Positions 19,296 through 30,017 of a stretch of 64,000 nt of DNA are shown here, piece by piece. The stretch's first letter is position 1. Each line of letters begins with the position of its first letter. The position numbers were made by a program, and so were the translations under genes. Location: positions 16,083-80,082 of the forward strand of contig JAXDJJ010000035.1 of NCBI GenBank assembly GCA_034665745.1, written 5' to 3'. The notes beneath the pieces were generated by a model. The model had not been told where the DNA came from, ran no database searches, and saw only the letters and a program-made list of their open reading frames with translations. The stretch is from Actinomycetota bacterium. Its GTDB lineage: Bacteria > Actinomycetota > CADDZG01 > WHSQ01.

Positions 19296-20029
19296 GCGGT
19301 CAGCTCGCTGGCTCTTGTGAACACCGCGTCCATCATCGGCTTGGTGAGTTTGCCGGTAAAGGTGTTCTGTTGGCTCGGGTGGAAACTGCCGAGTAAGACA
19401 TAGGGGCCAAGCTGCACCTCGGCGAGATGACCGAACCGGGGCTTCGGCTTGGGGATGGCCACCCCGTGGTCGGACAAGGTTCGAAGAGCGCCATCCCACC
19501 CGAAGCTTCCCAAGGCGACGAGGACCTTCACCTCGGTGAGGAGAGCCAGCTCACGGACGAGGTACGGCAAGCACCGGTCTCGCTCGTCGACCGTCGGCTT
19601 GTTCGCAGGCGGGGCGCACTTCACGACCGCGGAGATGTACGCGTCGATCAATCGCAGTCCGTCATCGCGGTGCACCGAGGTTGGTTGGTTCGCCCATCCG
19701 GTGCGATACATCGAAGCGAACAACCAGTCCCCCGACCGATCGCCGGTGAATACCCGCCCCGTCCGGTTCCCACCATGGGCCGCAGGAGCGAGGCCCACGA
19801 TCAGCATCCGGGCGTCGGGATCACCGAACCCCGGAACCGGCCTCCCCCAGTAGGTCTCGGTGGAGAACGACGCTCGCTTCTCGCGTGCCACCAGCTCGCG
19901 CCACTCGACCAGCCGAGGGCATGCACGGCACGAGATCACCTCCCCGTTGAGGAGGGCTAAAGCGGTCTCGTTTCCCACGGGGGCAGTATCACCTCTAGAA
20001 ATCCGCCTCAAGCAGAAGGAATCGGACAC
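19292..20029 (-). CDS. Uracil-DNA glycosylase, family 4/5 (Fe-S type)
   Basis: CRACPRL cysteine cluster, motif GLAPAAHGGNRTG (GLAPA suggests family 5/UDGb), and C-terminal FHPSQQN. The stop overlaps the gltB stop (CTAA). Confidence 0.85.
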   Translation of the reverse strand: MSDSFCLRRISRGDTAPVGNETALALLNGEVISCRACPRLVEWRELVAREKRASFSTETYWGRPVPGFGDPDARMLIVGLAPAAHGGNRTGRVFTGDRSGDWLFASMYRTGWANQPTSVHRDDGLRLIDAYISAVVKCAPPANKPTVDERDRCLPYLVRELALLTEVKVLVALGSFGWDGALRTLSDHGVAIPKPKPRFGHLAEVQLGPYVLLGSFHPSQQNTFTGKLTKPMMDAVFTRASELTA

Positions 20030-20078
20030 TCTCCGCAGAAAGACAACCGCAGAGAGTCACTGATCGAGGAGGGTCGGC

Positions 20079-20957
20079 ATGAGGTTGCGCGTCACGACTG
20101 GCATGTTGGGAGCGCTCCTGTTGGCCGGCTCGCTCTTGAGTGGAACTTCTAGCGCGCAGCTCCCGACGCTGCCGTCTCTCACCCCCGCTCTGCTCCTCGA
20201 CATCGCCCGGGTTCCGGCACCTCCGGCAGGCATCGGCCTCCAGGTGCACGCGGACTTCCCGGCGGAGGCCCCGCTCCAGCTCGATGGCGTGAGCATCTAC
20301 TCGTTGACGGCCGACATCACCCCCGCCGGCACGATCCTTACGCGCCAGGTCCTGACCGGTGCCGACTTCGGCCCCTCGACTGGCCCCCGCGTCGCTGAGT
20401 GCGACGACCCAACCTTCATCCCCACCGGGGTCACGTGGAACGTCGACTCGATGCCGATCCTGTGGCGCTTCGACCGCCGGTCAACCCCTGCGGGACTTAA
20501 AGCGGAAAAGACCCTGCTGACCGTCCGTAGCGCGCACCGCGTGTGGCCGCAGGCTCAGTCTGTTTGCGCCGACAGGGATCACTACAGCTTCGGTTACAAC
20601 TACCTGGGTCACACGGCGAAGAACCCCAAGTACGACGAGACCAACATCGTCGACTTCGGTGATCTCGGTCAGGGTGCCCTCGCCGTCAACTCGACCTGGT
20701 ACACGAGCACCAACAAGATCGTCGAGGTCGACCTCCGGCTGAACAAAGTCGACTACAACTGGACGAACGTCGAGGGTCTGAAGATGTACCAGGTCAGGAA
20801 CGTGGTCGCCCACGAGCTGGGTCACCAGATCGGACTAGACGACCTCGAGAGTCCTCACGACGATCTAACGATGTTCGGTCTGATCGGAAAAGGCGAGTTG
20901 AACAAGGTCACCCTCGGTCGTGGCGACCTGAAAGGTGCCAACACGCTCTCCCCCTGA
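20079..20957 (+). CDS. Secreted zinc metalloprotease (HExxHxxGxxD, matrixin/snapalysin-like)
   Basis: Signal peptide MRLRVTTGMLGALLLAGSLLSGTSSA; zinc motif HELGHQIGLDD. Confidence 0.75.
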   Translation: MRLRVTTGMLGALLLAGSLLSGTSSAQLPTLPSLTPALLLDIARVPAPPAGIGLQVHADFPAEAPLQLDGVSIYSLTADITPAGTILTRQVLTGADFGPSTGPRVAECDDPTFIPTGVTWNVDSMPILWRFDRRSTPAGLKAEKTLLTVRSAHRVWPQAQSVCADRDHYSFGYNYLGHTAKNPKYDETNIVDFGDLGQGALAVNSTWYTSTNKIVEVDLRLNKVDYNWTNVEGLKMYQVRNVVAHELGHQIGLDDLESPHDDLTMFGLIGKGELNKVTLGRGDLKGANTLSP

Positions 20958-20968
20958 GCGACCGTCCG

Positions 20969-21703
20969 CTAGAGGACGTGCGAGAGGAACGACTTCGTGC
21001 GCTCGTCGGACGGGTTGGCGAAGATCTCCTTTGGGGGGCCGTCCTCCAGGATGAGGCCCTCGTCGATGAACAACAAGCGGGAGCCGACCTCCCTAGCGAA
21101 ACCCATCTCGTGGGTTACGACGACCATCGTCATCCCTTCCCCTGCGAGCTCCTTCATGGTGTCGAGGACCTCCTTGACGAGTTCGGGGTCCAGAGCCGAA
21201 GTCACCTCGTCGAACAACATCAGCTTCGGTCGCATCGCCAACGCTCTGGCGATCGCGACGCGCTGTTGCTGACCACCAGAAAGCTGGCCTGGATACGAAT
21301 CGGCCTTGTGCTTGAGCCCGACGTGATCGAGTTGCTCGAGCGCACGGGTCTTGGCCTCATCTGAATCGACCTTGAGGACCTTCTCGAGAGCGATCGTGAT
21401 GTTTCCGAGTGCGGTCTTGTGCGGGAACAGGTTGTAGCCCTGAAACACGATCCCGATATTCGTGCGGACCTTGTTCAAGTCCGTCCTGATGTCCGTGACC
21501 TCGGTGTCCTCGAAGAACACTTTCCCTTCGGTTGGCTCCTCGAGGAGGTTGATGACTCGGAGCAATGTCGACTTCCCCGAACCGGAGGGACCGATCACGA
21601 CGACAACCTGACCACGCTCGACCTCGATATCGATCCCTCTCAAAACATGATTGTCGCCGAACCACTTATGGATCCCGACGAGACGAGCGACCGACTGACT
21701 CAC
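20969..21703 (-). CDS. Polar amino-acid ABC transporter, ATP-binding protein
   Basis: Walker [10 protein letters not shown], signature [15 protein letters not shown], Walker B LMLFDE. GlnQ/HisP-like. Confidence 0.93.
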   Translation of the reverse strand: MSQSVARLVGIHKWFGDNHVLRGIDIEVERGQVVVVIGPSGSGKSTLLRVINLLEEPTEGKVFFEDTEVTDIRTDLNKVRTNIGIVFQGYNLFPHKTALGNITIALEKVLKVDSDEAKTRALEQLDHVGLKHKADSYPGQLSGGQQQRVAIARALAMRPKLMLFDEVTSALDPELVKEVLDTMKELAGEGMTMVVVTHEMGFAREVGSRLLFIDEGLILEDGPPKEIFANPSDERTKSFLSHVL

Positions 21704-22773
21704 GCGCCCACCCCCACGAGACCACTCCGCAATCGCTTCTCGAGGACGTTGACCAAGCGGATCGCAGGCAAGCAGATAGCGAGATACCCAAGGGCTGTGT
21801 AGATGAGGAAAGTTGCGTTGAACGTGTTCCCGTATCCCTGGTTACCCCAGGACAGGAGATCGCGTTCGTTCGTTGCGAGGCCGAGGAACAACACGAGCGA
21901 CGTGTCCTTGACCAAGATGACGAACTCGTTCATCAGCGGCGGGATGACGCGACGTACCGCCTGCGGAACGATCGCGTAGCGCATCGCCTGCATGTAGGAC
22001 ATCCCGAGACCCCGAGCAGCCTCCAACTGGCTCTTCTCGATCGACTGGATACCGGCTCTAAAGACCTCGGCCGAGTAGGCGCCCATGTTCAAGCTCAATG
22101 CGATCACCGCAGCGGTATACGTCGAGATGTTGATGCCTAGACCGAGCGGGATACCAACACCGATGAACACGATCTGCCATAACAGCGGTGTGCCCCTGAA
22201 GAAGTTGATGTAGGTCCGAGCCGGCGCCCGCACAACGGCCCGAGCCGAGCTGGCGAAACCTGCGAGGGCAAGCCCGAGCACGATCCCGGCAAGTTCGCTC
22301 GTCAGAGCGAGGAAGACCGTGTTCCTCGCGGCGTGAAGGAATGCCGGGAACTGTTTCTGCACCGGTGCGAAGTCCAGGTAGTTGATCGCGAACTTGTGGA
22401 CGTCACCGCTCGAGAACACCCACAGCAACACTCCGAGCACGATCGCTTGAGCTCCGAGCACTCCTCCGGCGATCGCTTGCTCGCGACTGACCTTCGTCGG
22501 CATCTTCTTCGCCGTCAGGAGCGCCCCCAGAACCGAGGCAACCCCGAGGACGACCGACCAGAGACATATGAACTTCGTTTCGTTGGACTTGAATGCGCGC
22601 TCGACCGCTTCGACCGGAGTGAATCCGTTGAGGATGAGGATCAACGCTGTGCCGAGGATCACCAAGAGGATCGCGACCGCTCCCACTCCCAGGACTGCGA
22701 GGGAGGTCGAGGTGCTCTCTTTCCTCACCCACGCCAAACCCCGGTCCGGCTTCACCGCCTGAGCTGTGGCCAC
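21700..22773 (-). CDS. Polar amino-acid ABC transporter permease with an extended N-terminal membrane region
   Basis: EAA-type loop ([22 protein letters not shown]). GTG start with GGAGGAG 8 nt upstream. At about 357 aa it is about 130 aa longer than typical His/Glu/Gln-type permeases. Confidence 0.88.
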   Translation of the reverse strand: MATAQAVKPDRGLAWVRKESTSTSLAVLGVGAVAILLVILGTALILILNGFTPVEAVERAFKSNETKFICLWSVVLGVASVLGALLTAKKMPTKVSREQAIAGGVLGAQAIVLGVLLWVFSSGDVHKFAINYLDFAPVQKQFPAFLHAARNTVFLALTSELAGIVLGLALAGFASSARAVVRAPARTYINFFRGTPLLWQIVFIGVGIPLGLGINISTYTAAVIALSLNMGAYSAEVFRAGIQSIEKSQLEAARGLGMSYMQAMRYAIVPQAVRRVIPPLMNEFVILVKDTSLVLFLGLATNERDLLSWGNQGYGNTFNATFLIYTALGYLAICLPAIRLVNVLEKRLRSGLVGVGA

Positions 22774-22790
22774 CGCCTTACTCCTCCTCG

Positions 22791-22827
22791 AAGAAAAAGA
22801 GCCCGCCCCAAGAAGGAGCGGGCTCTT
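22791..22827 (-). terminator. Intra-operon intrinsic terminator between the binding-protein and permease genes
   Basis: 10-bp perfect stem aagagcccgc/gcgggctctt (22797-22806 with 22818-22827), followed on the minus strand by TTTCTTC. Confidence 0.55.
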
Positions 22828-22844
22828 ACGGCTAGATGAGGCTC

Positions 22845-23741
22845 CTACTCAGAAGCGTATTCCGGCAGCTCCTGGTCGGGGAAGTAGGTCTCGAAGATCT
22901 GCGCGTAGGTCCCGTCGGAGAAGATCTCCTCGAGCGCAGAGTTGATCGCATCGAGCAGAGCAGTGTTCTCCTTGTTGACGGCGAACGCGTACTGCTCACC
23001 CGTGTCAACCTGCTCCATGACCTGAAGCTCGTCCTTCCCTTCGATCGCGTCCAACGACACCGGAAGGTCGTTGAAGACAGCAACCACTTGCCCAGCCTGC
23101 AGGGCCTGGTACATGCTCGGCGCCTTCGGGAATTTGACCAGCTCGACGTTCGTCAGGTTCTCCTCCGCGTAGAACGCACCGGTGGTCGATGCCTGGACAG
23201 CGACGCGCGCTCCGTCTGGCAGTGAGTCGACGCCGGTGATGTCGGGATTAGCCGAGGTGTCGACGGTCAGAGACTGAAGCGAGTCGTAGACGGGGAGCGT
23301 GAAGTCGACGTGGGTGTTGCGGTCGGCCACGACCTCTGCCGCGGGAGAGCCCTCGGGAGAGTAAGCGGTCACCGCAGCGGCGATGACGTCGAACTTCTGA
23401 CCAGACTGGAGCTGAGTGAAGATCGTATCGAAGTTGACGCTGAGCCAATCGTTGTCGTCGCTTGCGAGGCCTAGCTTGTCCGCAACCGCGCGCATCAGAT
23501 CGACGTCGAAGCCGGTAAGGGCACCGGAGTCATCGTTAAATTCGAACGGCGGGTAAGGGATATCCGACCCGACCGTCAGGTGTCCATCAGTGACCAAAGT
23601 GAAATCGCCACCGGTATCCGGAGCGCCGGAGTCTTCTGCCCCAGGGGTAGCGGCCGGCTCGTCACTCCCGCACGCCGCGAAGATCAGTGTGAATACAGAT
23701 AGCAGGGCGATCAGTAACAGCAGCCCTCTGTTCTTACGCAT
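22845..23741 (-). CDS. Polar amino-acid ABC transporter substrate-binding lipoprotein
   Basis: Lipobox LIFAAC. Type 3 SBP layout (LTVGSDIPYPPFEF). Start set to ATG 23741, which has GGGAGGGA upstream. Confidence 0.88.
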   Translation of the reverse strand: MRKNRGLLLLIALLSVFTLIFAACGSDEPAATPGAEDSGAPDTGGDFTLVTDGHLTVGSDIPYPPFEFNDDSGALTGFDVDLMRAVADKLGLASDDNDWLSVNFDTIFTQLQSGQKFDVIAAAVTAYSPEGSPAAEVVADRNTHVDFTLPVYDSLQSLTVDTSANPDITGVDSLPDGARVAVQASTTGAFYAEENLTNVELVKFPKAPSMYQALQAGQVVAVFNDLPVSLDAIEGKDELQVMEQVDTGEQYAFAVNKENTALLDAINSALEEIFSDGTYAQIFETYFPDQELPEYASE

Positions 23742-23751
23742 ACTTCCCTCC

Positions 23752-24474
23752 CTATTCCTCACCGAGGTACGCCTTGCGCACCTGGTCGTTGCCCAAGAGT
23801 TTCTTGGCGTCGTCTTCGAGGACGATCTCGCCGGTTTCGATCACGTATCCACGACTCGCCGCCTGGAGAGCCATAGCTGCGTTCTGTTCGATCAACAGCA
23901 CGGGGATCCCCTGCGAGTTGACCTCTTCGATCACCTGGAACACACGCTCGACAACCTGAGGAGCAAGACCCATCGAAGGCTCGTCGAGCATGAGTAGTTT
24001 CGGCTTTGCCATTAGGGCGCGACCGATCGCGAGCATCTGCTGCTCACCACCGGACAGCGTGCCGCCGGCCTGCTTCAAGCGCTCTTTCAGGACCGGGAAA
24101 AGGCTGTAGATGTGATCCAGCTCGTCGTTCAGTTCCGCCTTCGTTGCGGAATCGCGTTGGAAAGCCCCCATCGTGAGGTTCTCGCGCACACTCATGTTCG
24201 GAAAGATGTGACGGCCCTCGGGCACCTGGATGATGCCTTTCTGGACGACGTCGTGGCTCTTCAGGTGCGTGATGTCTTCACCCTGGAACTTGATCGAACC
24301 GTGCGAGGGGCCGTGGACCATCGAGATGGCACGCAGTGTCGTCGTCTTGCCGGCTCCATTACCGCCGATCAAGGTGACGATCTCGCCTTCGTTGACCGTC
24401 AGGTTGATGCCTCTGACCGCTTCGATGACGCCATAGCGCACCTTGACATCGGTGAGCTCGAGCAGAGCTGCCAT
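23752..24474 (-). CDS. livF: Branched-chain amino-acid ABC transporter ATP-binding protein (LivF-type)
   Basis: Walker A GGNGAGKTT, signature LSGGEQQMLAIGRAL, Walker B LLMLDEPS. Start at ATG 24474, 4 nt after the livG stop. Confidence 0.92.
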   Translation of the reverse strand: MAALLELTDVKVRYGVIEAVRGINLTVNEGEIVTLIGGNGAGKTTTLRAISMVHGPSHGSIKFQGEDITHLKSHDVVQKGIIQVPEGRHIFPNMSVRENLTMGAFQRDSATKAELNDELDHIYSLFPVLKERLKQAGGTLSGGEQQMLAIGRALMAKPKLLMLDEPSMGLAPQVVERVFQVIEEVNSQGIPVLLIEQNAAMALQAASRGYVIETGEIVLEDDAKKLLGNDQVRKAYLGEE

Positions 24475-24478
24475 GTGC

Positions 24479-25276
24479 TTAAGCCCCTTCCGTCTTCGCT
24501 CCGGCGTTGCCGCCGGCACCGGCGCCGAGATAAGCCTCTACGACCCTCGGGTCCTTCTGCACATCCTCGGGTTGGCCGTAAGCGATGAGCTCGCCGTGGT
24601 CGAGGACCGCGACGCGGTCAGAGAGCCCCATGACCACCTTCATGTCGTGCTCGATCAAGAGAACGGTGATCCCCCCGTCTCGGATCTTGCGAACGAGATC
24701 CCGCAACGAGTTCTTTTCAGCCGGGTTCATGCCGGCTGCGGGCTCGTCTAGGAGAAGGAGCTTCGGGGCGGTTCCCAGAGCCCGTGCGATCTCGAGACGC
24801 CGCTGGTCACCGTACGAGAGGTTCTTGCCGAGATCGTTCGCGAAACGCTTGATCCCGCAGTAGTCGAGGAGTTCCAGGGCCTTAGCTTCCCCGTCCACTT
24901 CCTCCTGCTTGAAGCGACGAGAGCGGAACAGTGCACCCGGCACGCTCGTCTTGTGCCGGGCATCTGCACCGACGAGGACGTTTTCCATAGCAGTCATGTT
25001 CGGGAACAGGCGGATCTGCTGGAACGTGCGGCAGATACCGATGTCCACGATCTGGTCGGGGCGCTTCCCGGTGATGGAACTACCCATGAAGGAAACGGAA
25101 CCCCCGGTCGGTTCGTAGACGCCGGTGACGCAGTTGAACAACGTGGTCTTGCCGGCCCCGTTCGGACCGATCAGACCGAAGATCTCGCCCTCGTTGATCT
25201 CGATATTGACGTCCGAGAGAGCGCGGAGGCCTCCGAACTGCATGGTGACAGCGTCGATCTTGATGATGGCGGCCAT
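24479..25276 (-). CDS. livG: Branched-chain amino-acid ABC transporter ATP-binding protein (LivG-type)
   Basis: Walker [10 protein letters not shown], signature [15 protein letters not shown], Walker [11 protein letters not shown]. Confidence 0.92.
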   Translation of the reverse strand: MAAIIKIDAVTMQFGGLRALSDVNIEINEGEIFGLIGPNGAGKTTLFNCVTGVYEPTGGSVSFMGSSITGKRPDQIVDIGICRTFQQIRLFPNMTAMENVLVGADARHKTSVPGALFRSRRFKQEEVDGEAKALELLDYCGIKRFANDLGKNLSYGDQRRLEIARALGTAPKLLLLDEPAAGMNPAEKNSLRDLVRKIRDGGITVLLIEHDMKVVMGLSDRVAVLDHGELIAYGQPEDVQKDPRVVEAYLGAGAGGNAGAKTEGA

Positions 25277-26442
25277 CAGTGCACCTCGTCCTCTCCGGCA
25301 GGACGTTCGTCGATAACCTCATCGACGACGGTCGTGTCCGAGGTGACGACCGCATCGGCGGCGCCGGCTTCGGACAACTCGGTGCGGCGGCGCTTCGCAG
25401 CAAGAAGACCACCCGGCCGGTAGATCATCACGATGATCAACGCGAGACCGAAGATCGCGATACGGCCTGTCTCTGGATCGAATCCGAGGATCTCCTTGCC
25501 ATTGGACAACTCGCGCACGACTTCAGGCAGGGTCGTGATCAGAACCGCGCCCAATACGGCTCCTGCGATCGAGCCCAGACCACCGATCACCACCGCGCAC
25601 AGCACAAGGATCGATTGCAACAATGGGAACGAGTTCGGAGCGATGTAGGAGATATTGACCGCGTAGATCCATCCGGCAACACCCGAAGTGGACGCACCGA
25701 TGACGAAGGCCCACAGCTTCATCTTGACGACGGGGACACCCATCGCAGCGGCAGCAACCTCGTCCTCACGGATCGCCGTCCAGTAACGGCCAACGCGAGA
25801 ATTGTCGAGTCGTTTGATCATGATGACCGCGGCGAGGATCGCGGGGATCAGCAGGTACCACCAATACAACTCGTTCTCGAGACCGAAGTCCAGATTGATA
25901 CCCAGCATATGGATCGACGGGTTCGGGATACCCGCGATGCCACGTGATTGATTCACGATAGCCAGGTTCAGCGCCGACTGTCGCACGATCTCGTGGAAAC
26001 CCAAGGTCACGATCGCGAGGTAGTCGCCTCTGAGCCGCAGGGTCGGCGCCCCGATCAGTAGTCCCGCCGACATCGCAACAAGGATCGCGAACGGAAGCGC
26101 CGCCCATGTCGGCCACGTCACGATATGGAACTGGTCAGGGCCACCCGAAGCCGTCATGAGGGCGGTCGTGTAGGCACCAAGCATGAAGAACGCGATGTAG
26201 CCGAGGTCGAGAAGCCCTGCTAGTCCGACCACGACGCTGAGTCCAAGCGACAACAGGATCCAGTAGCCGGTGATGAAGAGGATGTTGATCCCCTTGCTGC
26301 CGTTCAGGACAGGGAAGATGTCTTTGTCCATCAGGATCGGGATCGACCACATGAACGCGGCGGCTATCAGGTAGCGGACGAAGCCGAGCTTCTCCCACCC
26401 GGCAACGATGAAGTTGCTGCTGTTGTTCTCCCGCGTCGACAT
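25276..26442 (-). CDS. livM: Branched-chain amino-acid ABC transporter permease (LivM-type)
   Basis: Polytopic membrane protein of the LivM family ([16 protein letters not shown]). Start ATG 26442 forms an ATGA overlap with the livH stop. Confidence 0.9.
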   Translation of the reverse strand: MSTRENNSSNFIVAGWEKLGFVRYLIAAAFMWSIPILMDKDIFPVLNGSKGINILFITGYWILLSLGLSVVVGLAGLLDLGYIAFFMLGAYTTALMTASGGPDQFHIVTWPTWAALPFAILVAMSAGLLIGAPTLRLRGDYLAIVTLGFHEIVRQSALNLAIVNQSRGIAGIPNPSIHMLGINLDFGLENELYWWYLLIPAILAAVIMIKRLDNSRVGRYWTAIREDEVAAAAMGVPVVKMKLWAFVIGASTSGVAGWIYAVNISYIAPNSFPLLQSILVLCAVVIGGLGSIAGAVLGAVLITTLPEVVRELSNGKEILGFDPETGRIAIFGLALIIVMIYRPGGLLAAKRRRTELSEAGAADAVVTSDTTVVDEVIDERPAGEDEVH

Positions 26443-27377
26443 CAGCCACCGATCCTCTCGCCGAGGAGACCGGTTGGTCGAAGGATCAGCACGAGAACGA
26501 GAACGGAGAAGGCAATGACGTTCTTCCACTCGGCCCCGATGCAGATCGTGCTCATGTTCTCGATAAGGCCGAGCATGATCCCGCCGATCATCGCCCCACG
26601 GATGTTTCCGATCCCTCCCAAGACCGCCGCGGTGAACGCCTTGAGTCCTTGGATGAAGCCCATGTTCCAGACGACGAACCCGAACTGGAGGCTGTACAGC
26701 GTTCCGGCGACACCACCGAAGAACCCACCGATGAGGAAGGTGGTGAGGATGACGCGGTCGATGTTCACACCCATCAGCTGCGAGGCAACGATGTCCTCGG
26801 ATAGAGCACGGATGCTGCGACCCGTCTTCGTCTGGTTCACGAACCGGTCGAGGACCACGAAGCAGAGGAGCGCCGCGATCACCGTCAGGAACTTGGTGTT
26901 CGTAACGGTCGAGTCGAACAAGCGGAACGCCGGCTGAGTAGCCATGAAGCCTGGGAAGCCTCGCTTACCCGGGCCCAGCAGGAAGCCCTGCTGCATCATG
27001 TAGGTGACGAAAAACGATGCGCCGATCGCGCTGATGAGGAACGATAGGCGGGCGGCCCCGCGCTTCCTAAGCGGGCGGTAAGCGGCTCGCTCGAGCAGCG
27101 CGGCTCCTAGAGCCGAGACGATGCCGCCGACCAGCAGTGAGGCCAGCAGCACGAACAACAGGCCCGGCCCGCTCATTGGCTCGGTGATGCCGAACCACTC
27201 GCCGAAGATGTAGAAGACACCGACCGCACCCACAGCGAACACGGCGTCGTGGGCGAAGTTGATCAACTTCAGGACGCCGTAGACCATCGTGTAGCCCAGG
27301 GCGATCAAGGCATAGATCGAACCGAGGATGATCCCGGTTACGAACGTCGGGCCTACGAGCCCGAAGTTACAGTCCAA
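26442..27377 (-). CDS. livH: Branched-chain amino-acid ABC transporter permease (LivH-type)
   Basis: GSIYALIALGYTMVYG motif near the N-terminus. Start tentatively placed at TTG 27377, preceded by GGGGGAGAAGG. The ORF-track start at 27461 would add about 28 non-conserved residues. Confidence 0.88.
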   Translation of the reverse strand: MDCNFGLVGPTFVTGIILGSIYALIALGYTMVYGVLKLINFAHDAVFAVGAVGVFYIFGEWFGITEPMSGPGLLFVLLASLLVGGIVSALGAALLERAAYRPLRKRGAARLSFLISAIGASFFVTYMMQQGFLLGPGKRGFPGFMATQPAFRLFDSTVTNTKFLTVIAALLCFVVLDRFVNQTKTGRSIRALSEDIVASQLMGVNIDRVILTTFLIGGFFGGVAGTLYSLQFGFVVWNMGFIQGLKAFTAAVLGGIGNIRGAMIGGIMLGLIENMSTICIGAEWKNVIAFSVLVLVLILRPTGLLGERIGG

Positions 27378-27467
27378 CCTTCTCCCCCAGAGATTGAGAT
27401 CCGATACGTGCACCCGCGATTCTGCAGGCGGGACTATAAAGCCCAGCGCCCCCAGAGGCACGGCACT

Positions 27468-28646
27468 TTACTTGTCGATCAACTCCGACGCTGGCCCTAC
27501 GGCGATGAAGTCTCCGTCCCGCTGGCTCCATTCGTAGATCCAAACCCCCTCCGGGCCGATCTCGACCTGACCCGTGTCCGAGAACGTGTAGTGCTTCGTG
27601 ACCCCCGAAAACCCATCTACACCGGTGAGGTAGTCCACCACGGCTGCACGAACAGTGTCTATGGGCTCGTCCCCAGAAAGGTCGCTCAAGGCCCTGAATA
27701 TCAGGCGGGTCGCGTCGTAAGCATCGGCCGCGAAGGTGCCGGGCGGACGGTCATATCTGGCTTGTATGCCCTCGACGAAGTCCTTCGCTGCTGGGATCTG
27801 AAGCGGATCGGCACACGGGCACGTGACTTGGGTTCCCTCCGAGGCAGGCCCCGCGAGGTCACCGAAGCTCGCGTCCTTGGTCCCGTCGTCCGAGATGAAG
27901 GTGGCCTCGACCCCGGCCTCCCGAAGCTGCTTCAGGAAGGGCCCGGCTTGGGGGCTGTAGCCGCCATAGAAGACGACCTGGGGGTCTGCGTTGGCCACCT
28001 CGGCGACCACCGCCGAGTAATCCGTTTCGGCGGGATCGATGATGAAAGGCCCTACCGCCGCGTCTCCCAACCCCGCAGAGACAGCGTCGGCGAGGCCTTT
28101 CGAATAGTCCTGGTTGTCGTGGACCACGGCGACCGTAGCGGCTCCAAGGGAGGCGATGTAGCGAGCGGCCACATCACCCTGGATCGCGTCGTCGGCCACG
28201 ACACGGAAGAAGGTGGTGTAGCCCTGATCGTCGATCATCGCTCCGGTTGCCGACGGGGTGATGAAGGCGACATCGGCTTGGCTGAAGATCCGGCCGGTAG
28301 CCAAGGTCTCGCCCGAGAAATAAGGGCCCACGACTCCGACAACGCGCTCGTTGTCGACAAGACTGCGAGCAAGAGGTGGGGCCTGGTTGGGGTCGCCCTG
28401 GGTGTCTTCCGGCTGCAGCTCGATCGCACACGGCAGGTCTCCACTCGTGTTGACCTCGTCGACCGCGTATTCGATCCCTTGGAAGATCGGCTGCCCGATC
28501 GAGGCGTAGTCGCCGGACAGAGCGCCGAGGGTTCCGATCGTCCACGTGCAGTCGCGCTGTGCCTTCTTGACGGGAGGGTCGTCACCACCGCAGCCGGCGA
28601 GACCAAGGACAAGGGCCGCTAGCAGAGCGAGTGTCCGGGTGCGCAT
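27468..28646 (-). CDS. Leu/Ile/Val-type (type I PBP) ABC substrate-binding lipoprotein, copy 1
   Basis: Lipobox LGLAGC after MRTRTLALLAALV (start ATG 28646). Clearly paralogous, by eye, to the adjacent copy. Confidence 0.9.
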   Translation of the reverse strand: MRTRTLALLAALVLGLAGCGGDDPPVKKAQRDCTWTIGTLGALSGDYASIGQPIFQGIEYAVDEVNTSGDLPCAIELQPEDTQGDPNQAPPLARSLVDNERVVGVVGPYFSGETLATGRIFSQADVAFITPSATGAMIDDQGYTTFFRVVADDAIQGDVAARYIASLGAATVAVVHDNQDYSKGLADAVSAGLGDAAVGPFIIDPAETDYSAVVAEVANADPQVVFYGGYSPQAGPFLKQLREAGVEATFISDDGTKDASFGDLAGPASEGTQVTCPCADPLQIPAAKDFVEGIQARYDRPPGTFAADAYDATRLIFRALSDLSGDEPIDTVRAAVVDYLTGVDGFSGVTKHYTFSDTGQVEIGPEGVWIYEWSQRDGDFIAVGPASELIDK

Positions 28647-28661
28647 CGGAGGCACCTTAAA

Positions 28662-28698
28662 GCGGAAAAGCAGAGAGGGGGCCCGAAGGCCCCCTCTC
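28662..28698 (-). terminator. Strong intrinsic terminator between the two tandem binding-protein genes
   Basis: 11-bp perfect GC-rich stem gagagggggcc/ggccccctctc (28673-28683 with 28688-28698) and a 4-nt loop, followed on the minus strand by TGCTTTTCC. Confidence 0.7.
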
Positions 28699-28720
28699 GA
28701 GAAACGATGGTGCTTGGTAC

Positions 28721-29917
28721 TTAGATCAGGTCGGCTGCTGGGCCCAGCGAGGAGAAGTTCTTGCCATCCCACTCGTAGATCCAGATGTCGCCCGGGCCAC
28801 CTTCGAATTCACCCTGCTCGTTCCAGGAGTAAGCCTTGGCGATGCCCTGGTAACCCTCGGTGTCTGCGAAGAACTGCACGACGTGCTCACGCACGGCTGC
28901 GTTGTCCGAAGTGTCACCTTCGTAAGCCTCGAGGGCCTGGATTACCAGCTCGGTCACGTCGAACTCGTCCGCGGCGAACGTGCCGGGAGCGTTCTCGCCG
29001 TAAGCCTCTTGCATGCCCGTGACGAACTCGGAAGCCGCGTCGATCTTCAGCGGGTCAACGCACGGGCACGAAGCCAGCGCACCGTCGGCCGCAGGACCGG
29101 CAAGGTCACCGAATGTCGGGTCCTTGGAACCATCGTCGGTCATGAACGTAGCGTCCACGCCGGCTTCCTTCAGCTGCTTCGCGAGCGGACCAGCCTGCGG
29201 CGTGTAACCACCGTAGAAGATGAAGTCCGGTGCGTAGTCAGCGACGTCGGCAACAACGGCCGAGTAGTCGGTCTCTTCCGGGTTGATGATGAATCCACCC
29301 TGACCAACGTCGCCCAGACCCTTCAGGACGGCGTCGGCAAGACCCTTGGAGTAGTCCTGGTTGTCGTGGATAACCGCAACCTTGGCAACGCCAAGCGACT
29401 TGATGTACTCGGCAGCGACCGAACCCTGGATGTTGTCAGGGGCAACGGCACGGAACCAAGTGGTGAAGCCCTGCTCGTCGATCGTCTCGTTGGTACCGGT
29501 GCCCGAGATCAGGACGCCGCCCTGACCGAAGATCTTTCCGGTTGCCAACGTCTCACCCGAGAAATACGGGCCGATGACCGCGACGAGGTCCTCGTTGTCG
29601 ACCAGGTTACGAGCCAGCGGCGGTGCCTGGTTCGGGTCGCCCTGGCTGTCCTCGCTCGTGAACTCGAGGGTGCAAGCGGTGCGCTCTGCAGCGTTCGCCT
29701 GCTCGATCGCGAACTCGACACCATCAGCGATGGGCTGACCAACGGATGCGTAGTCACCAGACAGCGCGCCCATGGTGCCGATCACCCAGGTGCAATCTCC
29801 ACGATTGCCTGCAGCAGGCCCACCATCGGCAGCCGGCTTGTCATCCCCACACGCAGCTCCAAGCAGCGCGAACGCCGCAAGGATGGCCGCGAGGCCAAAC
29901 AATTTGCTTCTCTTCAT
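28721..29917 (-). CDS. Leu/Ile/Val-type (type I PBP) ABC substrate-binding lipoprotein, copy 2
   Basis: Lipobox LLGAAC. Shares blocks with copy 1: DCTW.IGT.GALSGDYAS.GQPI, GPYFSGETLATG, HDNQDYSKGLADAV, ETDYSAVVA, CPC.DPL. Confidence 0.9.
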   Translation of the reverse strand: MKRSKLFGLAAILAAFALLGAACGDDKPAADGGPAAGNRGDCTWVIGTMGALSGDYASVGQPIADGVEFAIEQANAAERTACTLEFTSEDSQGDPNQAPPLARNLVDNEDLVAVIGPYFSGETLATGKIFGQGGVLISGTGTNETIDEQGFTTWFRAVAPDNIQGSVAAEYIKSLGVAKVAVIHDNQDYSKGLADAVLKGLGDVGQGGFIINPEETDYSAVVADVADYAPDFIFYGGYTPQAGPLAKQLKEAGVDATFMTDDGSKDPTFGDLAGPAADGALASCPCVDPLKIDAASEFVTGMQEAYGENAPGTFAADEFDVTELVIQALEAYEGDTSDNAAVREHVVQFFADTEGYQGIAKAYSWNEQGEFEGGPGDIWIYEWDGKNFSSLGPAADLI

Positions 29918-30017
29918 CCACTCCCCCTTCTAGGACTTACCTTCCATACCGCGATTGACGGCCCTTGGACCGTCGGAACCTACGCATACTACGCAAGGAG
30001 TTACGACATGTGTAGTA

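Noticed and set aside
29918-30017. ANTAR target RNA (two tandem hairpins with hexaloops) in the liv leader.
   Set aside because: I found only one decent hairpin (gacggt-N-gccgtc) and its loop does not fit the A..G hexaloop pattern. No terminator overlaps it.
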